Shown here: positions 26,411 to 38,427 of the stretch, piece by piece | Layout of the letters: each line of letters opens with the position of its first letter | Numbering within the stretch: position 1 is the first letter of the stretch | From: Hyphochytrium catenoides | Lineage: Eukaryota > Protista > Hyphochytriomycota | Length of the DNA stretch: 48,340 bases | Assembly: GCA_900088475.1 (NCBI GenBank) | Contig: FLMG01000533.1 | Location: 1-48,340 of the forward strand | Reading direction: 5' to 3' | Notes under the pieces: generated by a model | Told to the model about the DNA's origin: nothing | Databases searched by the model: none | Seen by the model: only the letters and a program-made list of their open reading frames with translations | Program-made: the position numbers and the translations under genes

Positions 26411-27318
26411 GGATTAAGATAGACGGAAGAAAGGAAGAGAGAGACAGAGAGAGAGAGGTCAGGATAACCAACCCATCAAAGGCTGAACGAATATACTGGT
26501 CTCTCCTCTACCTTTGTACTTCTTTTTCCGCTCTAACTCTCTCTCTCTCTTTCTTTCTTTTTTCTTGTCTGGTCCACAGATCGGTGTCAAGCAAGAGTAT
26601 CGGGGTTCCCAGGGCAGGCTCAGCTTCTTCCTGGGGAACAGAAGCGCTGCCTCCCTCTCTGACTTCTCTTTCACCGTCGCGACGGTGGATTATCTTCGAA
26701 TGGCGGTGCCGACGCCTCCTCCTTCTGAGATCCAGCCCGGGCAGCAGGCCAAGCATCAGATCATGGTCGAGTGTATGAAGGTAACGAGGAAAAGGAGCGC
26801 GCCTTTGTTCTTTTCTCTCTCCCTCTGGTTCTTTCTGTCTTTCTCTCTCTCTCTCTCTCTCTCCTGTTCTCTCTCCCCATTCCTCCCTCCTCCACAGCTC
26901 TGGCTCGGTGACCCGCTCTCTTCTTTACCCCATCTTATACTCTTCGCGGTCTTTCCTTCTCTCCACCTCCATTTCTCTTGGGTTGGTCTCTCTTTCCGTA
27001 CCAGTTCATTTCTCTATACTCTGGGGTTAACGCTTAACAGGAAAGACTAGAATAGGCCTCGTTCCCTCTTTCTTCTCCGTCCTTGTCTTGGTCACTCACT
27101 CACTCCGCCTCCCTCTGTCTCTCTCTGCTGTTTTGCAATCTCTCTCTCCGCTCGTCTCTCTCTCTCTCTCGCTCGTCTCTCTCTCTCTCTCGCTCGTCTC
27201 TCTCTCTCTGTACATCTGCTTTGGTCCATCTCTGTCCGTCTGTATGTTTCTCTCTTCCTCCCTCCATCTTCTGCCTCTTTTCTTCTACTCCTATTACGCT
27301 ATTCTCTCGCACTCCCGG

Positions 27319-27355
<37 letters not shown>

Positions 27356-28200
27356 GCCATTCTCTGACGCTCCTGGAGTGGAGGTGCGCTTCTCTTTGAA
27401 GGGCTCGACCTACATCTACCCGCTGCGCCTCCCCGTGGTCGCCTCCAAGTTTGTGGACCCCGTGGAGCTCAATGCCAATGACTTTGTACAGCGATGGAAG
27501 GCTCTTGAAGGAGAGGTAAGAGAGAGAGAGACTCTGGGGAAAAAAGAGAGAGAAAAAAAAGAGAGAGGAGAGACCGTACGAGAAGATAACGAAGAGGAGG
27601 AAGATTAGCGTTGTTTCCTAGTAACGGATCTGTCTTGTAGACTTCTTCCCCTGCTCTTTGTCAGAATTCTCTCTGTTTCAATAGCCTCTCTTCCTTCTCT
27701 CTCTTTCTCTTTCTCTCTCTCTATCTTCGGGTCACATTGTCCCGGCTCTCTCTTAAAAATGCTGGACCAACGTTTCTATATGTCGGTTGGTCTCTGTGTC
27801 TACCTTTTGCCTCTAAACGTATGGTTTTGGTCTATCTCGCTGACACTCTGTCTCGCACCTCTGCCGCAGAACCGTGAGCAGCAGGAAGTGTTTGCGTCAA
27901 AGGAAGAGATCAACCTCCAGCACCTGAGAGACCTGCTGACCAAGGGAATGCATCTCGCACTCGTGCAGGTGGACATCCAACGTCTTCTCTCTCCTCTGAA
28001 AGTCTTGTCTCTTTCCCCACCTTTTTCTCTTCTTTCATATTTATCTGTCTCTCTCTCTCTCTCTCTCAGATAATCATTTATCATCCTTTCTTCTCTCTAT
28101 ATAGATTCCCTTTCTCTTTGGTGAAATGCTCTTGCTCATTTCCCCCATTGCTCCCTAGGACTTCACCCTATTTGTTCGAACCTCTTCAGCATCTCTCTCT

Positions 28201-28236
<36 letters not shown>

Positions 28237-28609
28237 GTCTTCCAAGTGTCTCGTCTCTCCCATGTTCATAAACGAGAACCATTTTGGGTGTGGCCTCTCT
28301 CTCTCTCTCTTGTGCTCTTTTTGTCTCTCTCGTGCTCTTTCCTCTCTCTTTTCTTTCTTCTTTGCAACTACGTTTGATTATATGTGTCTCCTCTGGCTCT
28401 TTCTCTTAACCTTAGTCTCTTTTTCTCCCTCTCTCTTTCTCTCCCGAGTAGGTGGATCCGAACAATGAGAACGCTATTTCAGCAGCGGGAACGCTGCGGA
28501 CCGGGGCTGCGGACGCACAAGGAAATAAAATCTCCGTTGGATGTCTCCTTAGAGTGGAGGCGAACCCTCAGGTGGGCGAGCGGAAAGAAAAAGAGAGAGA
28601 GACAGAAAT

Positions 28610-28643
<34 letters not shown>

Positions 28644-28901
28644 TGAACGGGAATTGTGGAAAGAGAGACCATTTGTGTGAGATGAGGGCGGCAGAGCATG
28701 GGTCGGCGACACTTGCAGCTGCAAGAGAGAATGAGAAGACACCTGCAAAAGGAGAGAGAGACAGAGAGAGAGACAGAAAGAAAAGGAACAGGTCCTGACT
28801 ACTACTTGCAGGCGAAGGCGTACAGAGTGACAGTGCGAGCAGTACATGGTGCCGTGAGCCAGGCGCTGAAGGTGATAATCAAGCACCAGCTGGCTACCTA
28901 A
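18632..28901 (+). CDS. AP2A: AP-2 complex subunit alpha (alpha-adaptin), ~20 exons
   Basis: Exons: 18632-18722, 19200-19366, 19795-19978, 20416-20578, 21194-21332, 21743-21970, 22390-22488, 22802-22957, 23329-23476, 24099-24232, 24530-24730, 25019-25186, 25586-25651, 25987-26081, 26224-26324, 26580-26780, 27357-27515, 27870-27968, 28452-28571, 28812-28901. Diagnostic motifs: [79 protein letters not shown], the hinge motif DLLDM and the appendage VGCLLRVE. Confidence 0.96.
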
Positions 28902-29295
28902 GCGAGCGGAAGAGAGAGAGAGAGAGAAAGAAAGAGAAAGTCGCCGGGCAGATACCTTCCAGTGTGTCTCTCTCTCTCTTTGTTTCCTAGCCCCTGTTAA
29001 TATGAATAATAAAGCGGCCCTAAGAAGTGCATGCACGGAGGACTGCACAGCTCGACTAGGGGAAGGAAAGAGGGAGAGACAAGAAGGGGGAGAGAGAGAT
29101 CATTGAAAATTTTAGGGTTTAGACTATAGAGAGGAGCCTAACGAGAGAGAGACCATAAGGGAAGCCAAAGCGAAGGAATAGGGTAGGAGAGAGAGAGAAA
29201 GCACGAGGGAGAAAGAGTCTGTGTGGGGATGAGGACACAGAAGAGAGAGAGAACCTGAAGGGGGAGAGAGTCTTTATGTGGAAAAGGACACAGAG

Positions 29296-29335
<40 letters not shown>

Positions 29336-29526
29336 CCGAGGTTCGTGACCTTTCATCAGTTGAAGTAACTTTGGCCACCAGGCTGCAGGAATATGCAACT
29401 CCCACGGCTAGAGATGGAGGATGTAGAGTTAATAGAAGGAGTGTTGCTCTGATCCTTTGAGAATCCCACAGGCGAGCGCTCTCAATGTTCTTATTATTAT
29501 CCAGTCTCTTTCTCTCTCTCTCTCTT

Positions 29527-29576
<50 letters not shown>

Positions 29577-30084
29577 CTCGCTCTCGCTCTCTCTCTCGCT
29601 CTCGCTCTCGCTCTCTCTCTCGCTCTCGCTCTCTCTCTTTCTCTCTCTCTCTCTCTGTCGCTGTCTAAGTCTCTCTTTCCTTCACGTGCATCTTACCATT
29701 CTCGAAAACTGGTTCCTCCTGAACTCTTCCTTCCGTGGAGGAGAGAAGAAGCTCTTATCAGAACGAAGGAACGAAGAGAAAGAACAGAGAGAGAAAAAGA
29801 GAGAAAGAGAGAGAGAAAGAGAGAGGAACTGCTAGAAAATCTCTGCAACTAGGAAGAAGAAGGTGACGCTCATACCGGCGGCCGATGCCGCCTTCCCGGT
29901 CGTGGATCGTGATCCTTCCAAGCAGGCGGAAGGCGTTGACATCCGACGGGCTCCCAAACCCCTGAACGTTCGAGAAGAAAAAGGAGGAAGAGAGAGAGAG
30001 AGAGAGAGANNNNNNNNNNNNNNNNNNNNNNNNNNNNNNNNNNNNNNNNNNNNNNNNNNGGGAGAGAGAGAGAGAGAGAGGGAG

Positions 30085-30811
30085 ATGCTGGGTGCTAACA
30101 GCGCTGCGAGCGAGGATTGGCGTTCCTCTAAGGCGCCGGTCGTAACGCCTTATCACATCGCTGTCTGGGTGAGTGCAGGAGAGAGAGCTGACTTCTCTTG
30201 GTTTCTCCCTTCTCCTCTTTCCTTCTCTACCCCTCTTCCGTGGTATTTCTCTCCCCAATGAGATAATAAGTACCGGTCAGGCTAACCTTATATTGCTCTC
30301 TCTCTCCCTCTCTTCTTTCTCTTCTGCTTCTTGCTCTCTTTTCTGTCCTCCCTCTTCCCCTTACCCCCACCGTCACCCCATCCCCCGGCTCTCTCGCCCT
30401 CTCTCTTCCCTGTCTTCTCTCTCTCTCTCTCTCTCTCCCTCTTCTCTCCCAGCAAGGAGACGATGTTCACCTTGCAGAGGCGCTGCAGAAGGGAAGCTGG
30501 GATATTGACGGGAAGGATGCCGAAGGTGTGAGCATCAAGACTCCAATTCTCCCTCTCGCTCTCTTTGTCTCTCTCTCTCTCTTACACACACAGACTCTCT
30601 CTCTCTCTTCTCTCTGGCTTTCTATCTCCGCAACGGTCTCTTCCGAAAGCCTGCCTCGCTTGCTCGTGAGAATCTCTCTTTTTTTCTGGCTTTTGCTTCC
30701 TTCCATAATGCTGAATATTGCTGTCAGCACACGTCTCGCTCACTCTTTCTCCCCTGCATTTCACGTGTCCTCTCTCCGCGCGCGCTTTCATACTCCTGCT
30801 ACACCTCCTCG

Positions 30812-30852
<41 letters not shown>

Positions 30853-31522
30853 CTCTCTCTTACACTCCCCCTATCCCTTCTCTCTTTCTCTACTCCTTTC
30901 TCTCTCCGCCTCTTCGATCTCTCCCTCGCTATGTCTTTCTCTCTCTTTCTCTCTCGTTCCATTCTTTCTCTCTCTCTCCCACGATGGACCTGATAGGGAA
31001 CACCGCTCTTCAGTTAGCCCTGCGCACAATGCACAAGAACAAAGAAAAGCTCATAAGCCTCCTTACGGTGATTCTATTCTGGCTGCTTTCCTCCTCTTTT
31101 CCCTCTCTCTTTCCTTCCTGCTTCGTCGCTGTGGTTCCCTGCTCTAGCTCTCCATCTATTTCTTTGTTTACTCTCACCTCTTTCCCTCTCACTCTCTCTC
31201 ACCCTTATTCTCTCTCTCTCTCTGTCTGTGTAAGGCGTTATTCGTTTGAAGTTCCTTCGGACAACTGTCATAATCACTATCTGTCTCTCTCTTCTGTACT
31301 ATATCTGTCTGTGTCGCTCTGTTGCCTCCATTATCTCTCTCTTTTTCTGCGTTGCCTTCTCTACGTCTCTCGCCTCTTTCTCTTGTTCATCACGTTTCCT
31401 AATTATTCTCTCTCCTTTGCATTCTGTTTTTGATGGCCCCTGTGGTTCTTCTCGCCCTCTCTCTCTCTCTCTCTCTCTNNNNNNNNNNNNNNNNNNNNNN
31501 NNNNNNNNNNNNNNNNNNNTAC

Positions 31523-31553
<31 letters not shown>

Positions 31554-31902
31554 TCTCTTTCTCTCTCTCACTTTTCATCCAGTCGCACGGCGCTAATGTA
31601 AAGTCGCGGGACGCGCACTACTTCAGTTCCATCAAGAATGCAATCTATCTGGGAGACGAGAGCCTCGTCTCAGACCTCATCCAAGCAGGTGCAGGAGAGA
31701 CAGCATCAGCTCTCCCCTTTATCTTTCTTCCTCTCTCACTCTTTCCATCTTTCCCTCTATTTCTGTTGTGTCCTCTTTCTCTCTTCTCTTCTTTGAGTGT
31801 GGGACCTCTGCTCTTCTTCTCTCCGTTTCCAATTGCTCTCTTTCTCTCTCTTCTCTTGGCAACAGCTCCCTTCTGTAGTGTAGATGCCAAACGGCCCTAT
31901 AT

Positions 31903-31953
<51 letters not shown>

Positions 31954-32530
31954 GTCTTTCCGTCCGCTTTCTCTGTCCCTTCCCCTGTCGGTTCGTCTGC
32001 TCCGTTGCTCTGTCTCCACGTACCCTCTTTCTCTCTCTTATTTTCTCTCTCTTTCTCTCCTTCGCTGCACTCAGAATACGGTCAGTCAGCGCAGAAGCTG
32101 AAGGAGAAGATTCATGAGCTTGTTCACGAGCTTTCTTCTCTGAAAAACTTCTCAGTAGAAATCGCTTTCGAGCTGAAGAGCTGGCTTCCCTTTCTCTCTC
32201 GCCTTCTCCCTTCGGATACCATCAGAGCCTGGAAGAGAGGAAACAGTGTGCGGGTAGACTTCTCTCTCTCTGGGTTTGAGAAGCTGCAGTGGGTCAGAGG
32301 GAAAATGTCTTTTCTTCTAGATGGAGCTTCCGAGAGACTTTATCTTCTTGATCATGAGAAGAAAGAGGTACACGCCCTTATATCCTTCTCTAAGTATTAC
32401 ATTCTCGTCTCTCCTTACTCTCTCTCTCTCTCTCTCCCTCTCTGTTCACTCTCATCCGACAGTGTCGAAAACTTCTGGTTCCCCTTCTCTATCCCTCTCT
32501 CTCTCTCGCCAAATTCTTTTCTCTCTCCTA

Positions 32531-32570
<40 letters not shown>

Positions 32571-34981
32571 GCTGTACCGTACTCTCGACCCCAATAGCTC
32601 TCCCGTCCCTAGATGGTGTTCCCATGATATTCTATCTCTCCCTCATTTGAGTCTATGCACCTTTTAGTCTCTCTATCTCTCTCTCTTTGTCTATCCGGTC
32701 TCTCTCTCTTTCAGTCTCTTTCACCTATGCCCTCTTTCTCTCTGTCTCTTTTTCTGTTTCCTCTTCTCCCTTTTGCTAGAGCTACCTCAGCTGAGCGTTT
32801 GACCGATATTCAAGGAAGGTCCCAGCGCTTCTTGGCCTCACTTTCTCCCCTCATCTTTCTCTCTCTCTCTCTCCTCTCCAATAGATGCTAGATCTGACCC
32901 AAGAGGAAGGAAGTCCCACTGCTCAGGAGATAGAAGACTCTCTCCAGCTTCTCTCCACCACAAAGTCTGTAGCGGTAGAGTTGTATAGCAAAGAGACAAG
33001 CTTTCTCCCTCGCACATCTTTCTTCTCTTCTTCTGAAGAGAGACAGCGCGTCGGCCGCTTCGAAGGGAGAGTGTATGACATGTCCAATATGAAGCTCAGG
33101 GTGGCAGTCAGAGAACCAGCGAATCCCAGCAGAGTGAGAAGAAGGTTCAACCCCCAGGAGGTGTGTCTTTCCCTCCCTCTCTCTCTTCCCTCCACTATTA
33201 TATCCCTCTACAGGATTGCTAAGTCCACTCCCAGAAGGAGCAGCCTTACGTGCACAATCTCTCTTCTTCTTACCTCACCAGTTCCGGTCTTCATCCTCAT
33301 CCTAACCCCTCTTACAATGTCTCTCTCTCTCTTTCTCTCTCTCTCTCTTTCTCTCTGTGTGTACCCGGTTGCGGATCAGCCGGACGACTTTGAGGACTTC
33401 CAAAAGATGCTCCGCGGAGTGGAGAACTTTGGCGGGGACGAGCTGACCATCAGCGCCAAGGCTCAACACGTGATTCCTATCCAGATGGGGCCCAATGACT
33501 GCATCGTTTGGGAGTTCAAGGTAACCCAAAGAGGGAGAGAGAGAAAGAAAGAGAGAGGACGCAGACGGGCTACAGACAGAGAGAATGAGAGAGAAGACAC
33601 AGAAGAGAGACGTGGGCAGCTTGGAAAGGAGAGGTAATCACTCAAAAGGAGGGCCACAAGGCGGTAGGGGCCTGGACGCCTTTAATGGAGAGGAGAGAGA
33701 GGGACTCAGAAGAGAGATCTACCAGAGAGAGCTTTTGGCTACCAGATGGGCAGGCGCCTAGGACCATGGAAGGAGAGAGCAGAGAAGGTTTTTGTTAGGG
33801 AGGGAAAGACAGCCGCCCAAGACTTCCATGTTCTCTTACCGTCACCTTCACTCTCTCCTGCGCCTTCATTCTCCCACTCCAATTCTTCTCTTTCTGTTTC
33901 TACCTCTCTCTCTCTCTCTCCTTTCTCTTTCTCTGTCACACAACAGGTCCAATCTCTTTCGATCGGATTTCAGGCGGACTTCCGTTACCAGGAGACGGAG
34001 GTCGAAGCTCCTTCTTCCAACCTGGACGACTTCGTCTTTTCTGCTGAGGATGATGAAGAGAGAGAGAGAGAGGGAGAGGGAGGACTCAAACGGACAATCG
34101 TCCGTCCCTACAGCCGCTGGGACAGCGCTCAGGGGCTGCTTAAAAAAAAGTTTAGGGCGGAGAGAGTGGGCACTCTGCATCTCCTGCTGGACAACAGCTT
34201 CTCCTATTTCAGGTCAGTGACAGGCACCGCGAAAGGAGAAAGAGAGGAAGAGTGACGGGACTGTTGGGTGCTGTGAGTAGGGAGAGAGAGAGAGACGGAG
34301 AGGGAGAGGCGGGCACAGAGGGAGATTGGTGAAAGAGAGACCAAACCTCTAGGGGGATCAGAGCTTATTACAGTGACAGAAAAAGAAGAGAAAGAAGGAG
34401 TGAGAAGGGGAGGAGGAGGGGAGAAGTGGGACAGAGAGAGACAGAGAGAGGAAGAGTTCGAGAGAGAGAGCCAAACGGCGAGGGACAGATTGATAGACAG
34501 ACAGACAAACAGAATGAGAGAGTGTGAGAAAGTGACAAAGACATACAGAAAGAGAGGACACGAGAGAAAGAGGAGAGAAAGAGATGAGAGGGGAGGGAGG
34601 GTGTGGTTCAGAAGTAGACTCACAAGCGAGCTATTATCTATGTAGGTCGAAGACTGTGATCTGTAAGGTTTACCCGGAACTGGAGCTCGGCGAGAGTGGA
34701 GAGAAAAAGAAGGAACCCACCACTGGACAGCCTTTCCAGCTGGGGGTCAGTGCAAACCTCTCCTTCTTTTACTCTCTTCGCTGGCTTCCTGGGCATCTCT
34801 ATCTCCTGCTGTCAACGTAACAGCACTTTGCGATGTCTCCCTCCTCTTTCTCTTCGTCTGGCAACCTCCATATCTCTCTTCCCTGATAATATTGGATCAC
34901 TTCCACGTGGGCGATCTCTTTTTCACAGCCTCCTGCATGATCGAGATGGTTGTCTAGCGTCTATATCCTCTCTGTCCCACT

Positions 34982-35025
<44 letters not shown>

Positions 35026-36277
35026 TTTTATTTCTCTCCTCTCTCTCTCTCTCTCACTCTTCTTCCCTCTATCTTTGACCTCGCTAGAGGAAAGTTCGAG
35101 AAGTTACCTTTGAGGAGTATTTCCAGATGGCACCCTCGTCTCTCCCGCCTGAGCTGAGGCCTCGAGAGGAGCTTCACCCTCGTCTGCAGCTGATAGAGCT
35201 CCCGTCTCCCAGCAAGATGACGAAGGTGAGAGAGACACGGGATAACCTTCTTTGCTTTTCTTCCCGAACCCTTAGCGTTACTTCTGGCTAAAGACTATTC
35301 TCTTTTCCTTTTGCAGGCTTTCAGCGCGACGGTTTGTATGGCAGAAGACTTTCCTCTGACGGTAGGCAGTCCAACTCCTGAAGTCTCAAATTCAACTTTA
35401 GCCATTTATCCTCTTTCTTTGGGTCTTTTATCCGGTGTTGCTTCTATTGTACTCTCACTCTCACTCTCTCTCTCTCTCTCTCTCTCCTCTCTCCCTCGCT
35501 CTTAGATTCTTTCTTTCCCCCTCTCTCTTTCTCTCCTCTCTCTCTTTGTCTTTCCTTTTTCTCTCTCTCTCTCGATCTACTTATCTCTCTCTCTTTCCCC
35601 ATCTACTTATCTCTCTTTCTCTCTCCATCTACTTATCTTTGTCTCTCTCTCCCTTCCCTTTCCCTTCTCCCTCTCCGTTCTTTCTTTCCCTGTCTTTCTG
35701 TCTTCTCTCCGTTCCGCTTTCTCTCTATCTCGTCACCTCTCTCACTCTCTTTCTTTCCCTCTAAAAATACACGGTATTTTCTCCTCATGGCTTGCAGGTG
35801 GATGACTTTCTCCCCATCGCTTATGTCTTGCGAACGCGGCATTTTGAAAATATCAAACAGTTCTTCAAGCTGGTGAGCCATTCCTTTCCTTCTTCCTCGC
35901 GGCTGTTTCCTTCATCTTGCTAACCTCCCCTGCGCCCGCAACAATTGCTGCGCTCAGTGTTTGGCTTGAAATTGTGAGTTCACACCTCTTCCGTTTGCCT
36001 TATAAGCTGGAGTCTTCTTGCGATGTTAGCTCTCTCTCTCTCTCTCTCTTCTCTGTCTCGGGTTTGTATTCCCTCTTCTCGAGTAAGCTTGACACTTCTT
36101 TGATGGCAGCGTCTCCCTCCTGGCTTCCCAGTCAAGTTCAACATCCCCGTGGTCCCGACCGTCTTCGCTGTCTTAACATTTTCAGAAGCGCAAGTGGGGG
36201 ATCCAGACCCCGCCCTCTTCCAAGTGCCAAGCTATGGAGCCATGGGAAAGAAGAAAGCAAGCAGTGTGGCCGGATAG
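30085..36277 (+). CDS. ANKRD13-like protein (ankyrin repeats + GPCR-chaperone domain) with an inserted GOLD domain, ~13 exons
   Basis: Exons: 30085-30168, 30453-30525, 30997-31067, 31583-31688, 32075-32367, 32885-33160, 33380-33520, 33947-34212, 34646-34745, 35087-35225, 35317-35361, 35798-35872, 36110-36277. Ankyrin motifs: TPYHIAVW, DGKDAEGNTALQLAL, HGANVKSRD. ANKRD13 motifs: ELKSWLPFLSRLLPSDTIRAWKRGNSVRVDFSLSGF...WVRG, AFSATVCMAEDFPL, LPPGFPVKFNIP...FQVP. GOLD motifs: IVWEFKVQSLSIGF and GTLHLLLDNSFSYFRSKTV. Confidence 0.87.
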
Positions 36278-37164
36278 GAGACCACATGCGCAGAGACAGG
36301 GAGAGAGAGACTAGAGACAGAGAGAGAGACGCCATAGATATATATGTACCTTCGGAGCCTCGGCGAACCGAAAAAGAGAGAGAGAGAGAAGAGCGAAGGG
36401 AGATACAGAGCTAGAAGGAGAGACGGAAGAGACAAAGCAGGAGAGGGGAAGAGGGACAAGAAGAGAGGGAAGAAGGGGAGACGACAGGGAGAACTTTTGC
36501 GTTGGACGGAATGCGGGAAGGTTACGGAAGTTATGAGGAGGCGATGGGAAGGAAGGAGGATCCAAGCTTGCAGTCGCAGATGCGCTCACACTGATAAGAG
36601 ACAGTGTGGAAGTCTAGACTACAGCTAGCAAGAGAGAGAGAGAGAGGCAGTCACTTGGGAAGAGACTTTGTAGTCCCGGTGCCGAAGACGGTTCACAATA
36701 AATTCTATTCTTTTGTTTATGACGCGCGTCAGTATCCTCGAACAAGCAGCAAAGTGCCAGGGAAAGGAGAGAATCTTAGCGGGTCAGGTGAAGGGACAGG
36801 AGAGCCTTAACTTCCGCTAGCGAGAGAGATGATGAAACTGAGAGACGCGGGAAGAAGGTAGAGCCAGAAACAAGGTAAGAGGGACGGCGCTGGGCAGGAA
36901 CGGGAGAGGTCAACTACCTTTATAAAAATAGATGCAATTTATAAGTTATAATAATAATAATAGGTATAAGGACAAGAGATAAATAAATGGAGAAGCTAGG
37001 CGACAATATCCACTCTCCCTCTTCTCGCGCGCGCGAGGGCGGCAGATAAAGGCGGGAGTCCGCACAGGCAGCGCCCTAGTCTGACAGGCAGTGCAGCGCT
37101 GGGCTGGTCGGGTCCAAATAAATAAGAAGTTGACAGGACTTAGCAAGCTTGCGGAGGTCTCAGG

Positions 37165-38427
37165 TCAGCTATTGACCTGCATCACTGCTAGCATCGCCGT
37201 CATCTCCGCGGCATCCAAGGGAGACAGGTCAGAAGTATAGTGTGCCGCCGGGACGAAGCCCTGCGTCGGCTCATCTTCCTCTTCTTTCTCCTGCAGATCG
37301 CGGAAGGCCGGTTGGTAACTCTTCGTAGTTTTCTCTTCTCGAACCGGCTCTTCCTCCATTTCCTCGTCTTCCTCTTCGTCCCCTTCTCCGCAGACCGGAA
37401 GAGAGAAGTCTGGCACTGTGAAGTCAGGGATCTCAATCTGGCTCGCTCTGTAGGACATCCTACTACTTTCAAAAGGGAGTCCCTCCAGCAGGCTTCCCCT
37501 CTCTGTCTCCCCCTCTCCCTCGCCGCTCGCCTGTTCTCCCTCGTTGCCCACCCAGTCCTCTGGCAAAGGAAAATCGTCAAAGTCACATTCTTCGTCGCAC
37601 TCCATCGCGCCTTTGACAGACTGCCAGAACTCACTCTCTCTAGAGTGTTCGTCTGCCAGACCAAGGACGAGAGAGACCGTAGAGTTGCGAGAGACATCGC
37701 ACTGATGATCTTTATCTGCTAGCGTGGACTCGTTCAAGAGAGACGAAGAGAACTCTTCTTCTTCTTCTTCTTCACTTCCGCTGTCAAAGGCTGCGAGCTC
37801 GTCCAACTCTCTCTCTGTATAGTAGAGGAACGGTCGGCAGGATTCATCCACCGCCTCTATCTCATGCAGACTGTGCACCTCAGCAAAAGTCACTTTCTTC
37901 AAGCTCTGACTCTTGACTGTATCTTTCACGCTAGGCATGCTCTCTCTCTCTCCCAAGTATGTTACTTCTGCTTCCGTTGATGCTTCCTCCTTCGAGGAGA
38001 AGCTCTCTTTGGGAGACGCAGGCTCCACTGGTTCTGGGCAGCGAACCGGAGATTCAGTGGGAGACTGAGGGTTGCTGGAGCTGGAGAGAGGAACAAGACT
38101 ATCCTTTCTATCTGCTCTCATCCGAGAGTCCTTCTCTCCCTTCACTGTCTTCCTTTCTTCCATATCCGCCTTTAAGTGCAACGTCATTTTCCCTTTCTCC
38201 CTTCTTCTCCCGTCCCAGTCCCGTAGCAGGAGGGCCCGCAGCCAGCCCTGGACGAGAACAGTCCAGACAGCTTCCACCATCTCGTTAAGTATGAGACTCC
38301 AGAGCACGAGCAGCGTCGCTATCTGCACTCCGCCGCGCTCTGCAAGCGAGCGCTGTGTGTTCGGCAGCGTCATGGCGGGAGGGAGAGGCTCCTCGTCCAA
38401 GTAGGACGGGCCAAACATTGAGGTCAT
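37165..38427 (-). CDS. Intronless acidic hypothetical protein (420 aa) with N-terminal hydrophobic segment and KKVTF (RVxF-type) motif
   Basis: Long uninterrupted ORF in non-microsatellite sequence. Hydrophobic IATLLVLWSLIL...VWTVLV segment near the N-terminus, SLKKVTFAEVHSLHEI...FLYYTERELDEL in the middle, and an E/D-rich C-terminal half. Confidence 0.75.
   Translation of the reverse strand: MTSMFGPSYLDEEPLPPAMTLPNTQRSLAERGGVQIATLLVLWSLILNEMVEAVWTVLVQGWLRALLLRDWDGRRREKGKMTLHLKADMEERKTVKGEKDSRMRADRKDSLVPLSSSSNPQSPTESPVRCPEPVEPASPKESFSSKEEASTEAEVTYLGERESMPSVKDTVKSQSLKKVTFAEVHSLHEIEAVDESCRPFLYYTERELDELAAFDSGSEEEEEEEFSSSLLNESTLADKDHQCDVSRNSTVSLVLGLADEHSRESEFWQSVKGAMECDEECDFDDFPLPEDWVGNEGEQASGEGEGETERGSLLEGLPFESSRMSYRASQIEIPDFTVPDFSLPVCGEGDEEEDEEMEEEPVREEKTTKSYQPAFRDLQEKEEEDEPTQGFVPAAHYTSDLSPLDAAEMTAMLAVMQVNS

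Noticed and set aside
29111-29120. TTTAGGGTTT telomere-like (telo-box) motif
   Set aside because: Single copy; expected by chance in a window of this size.
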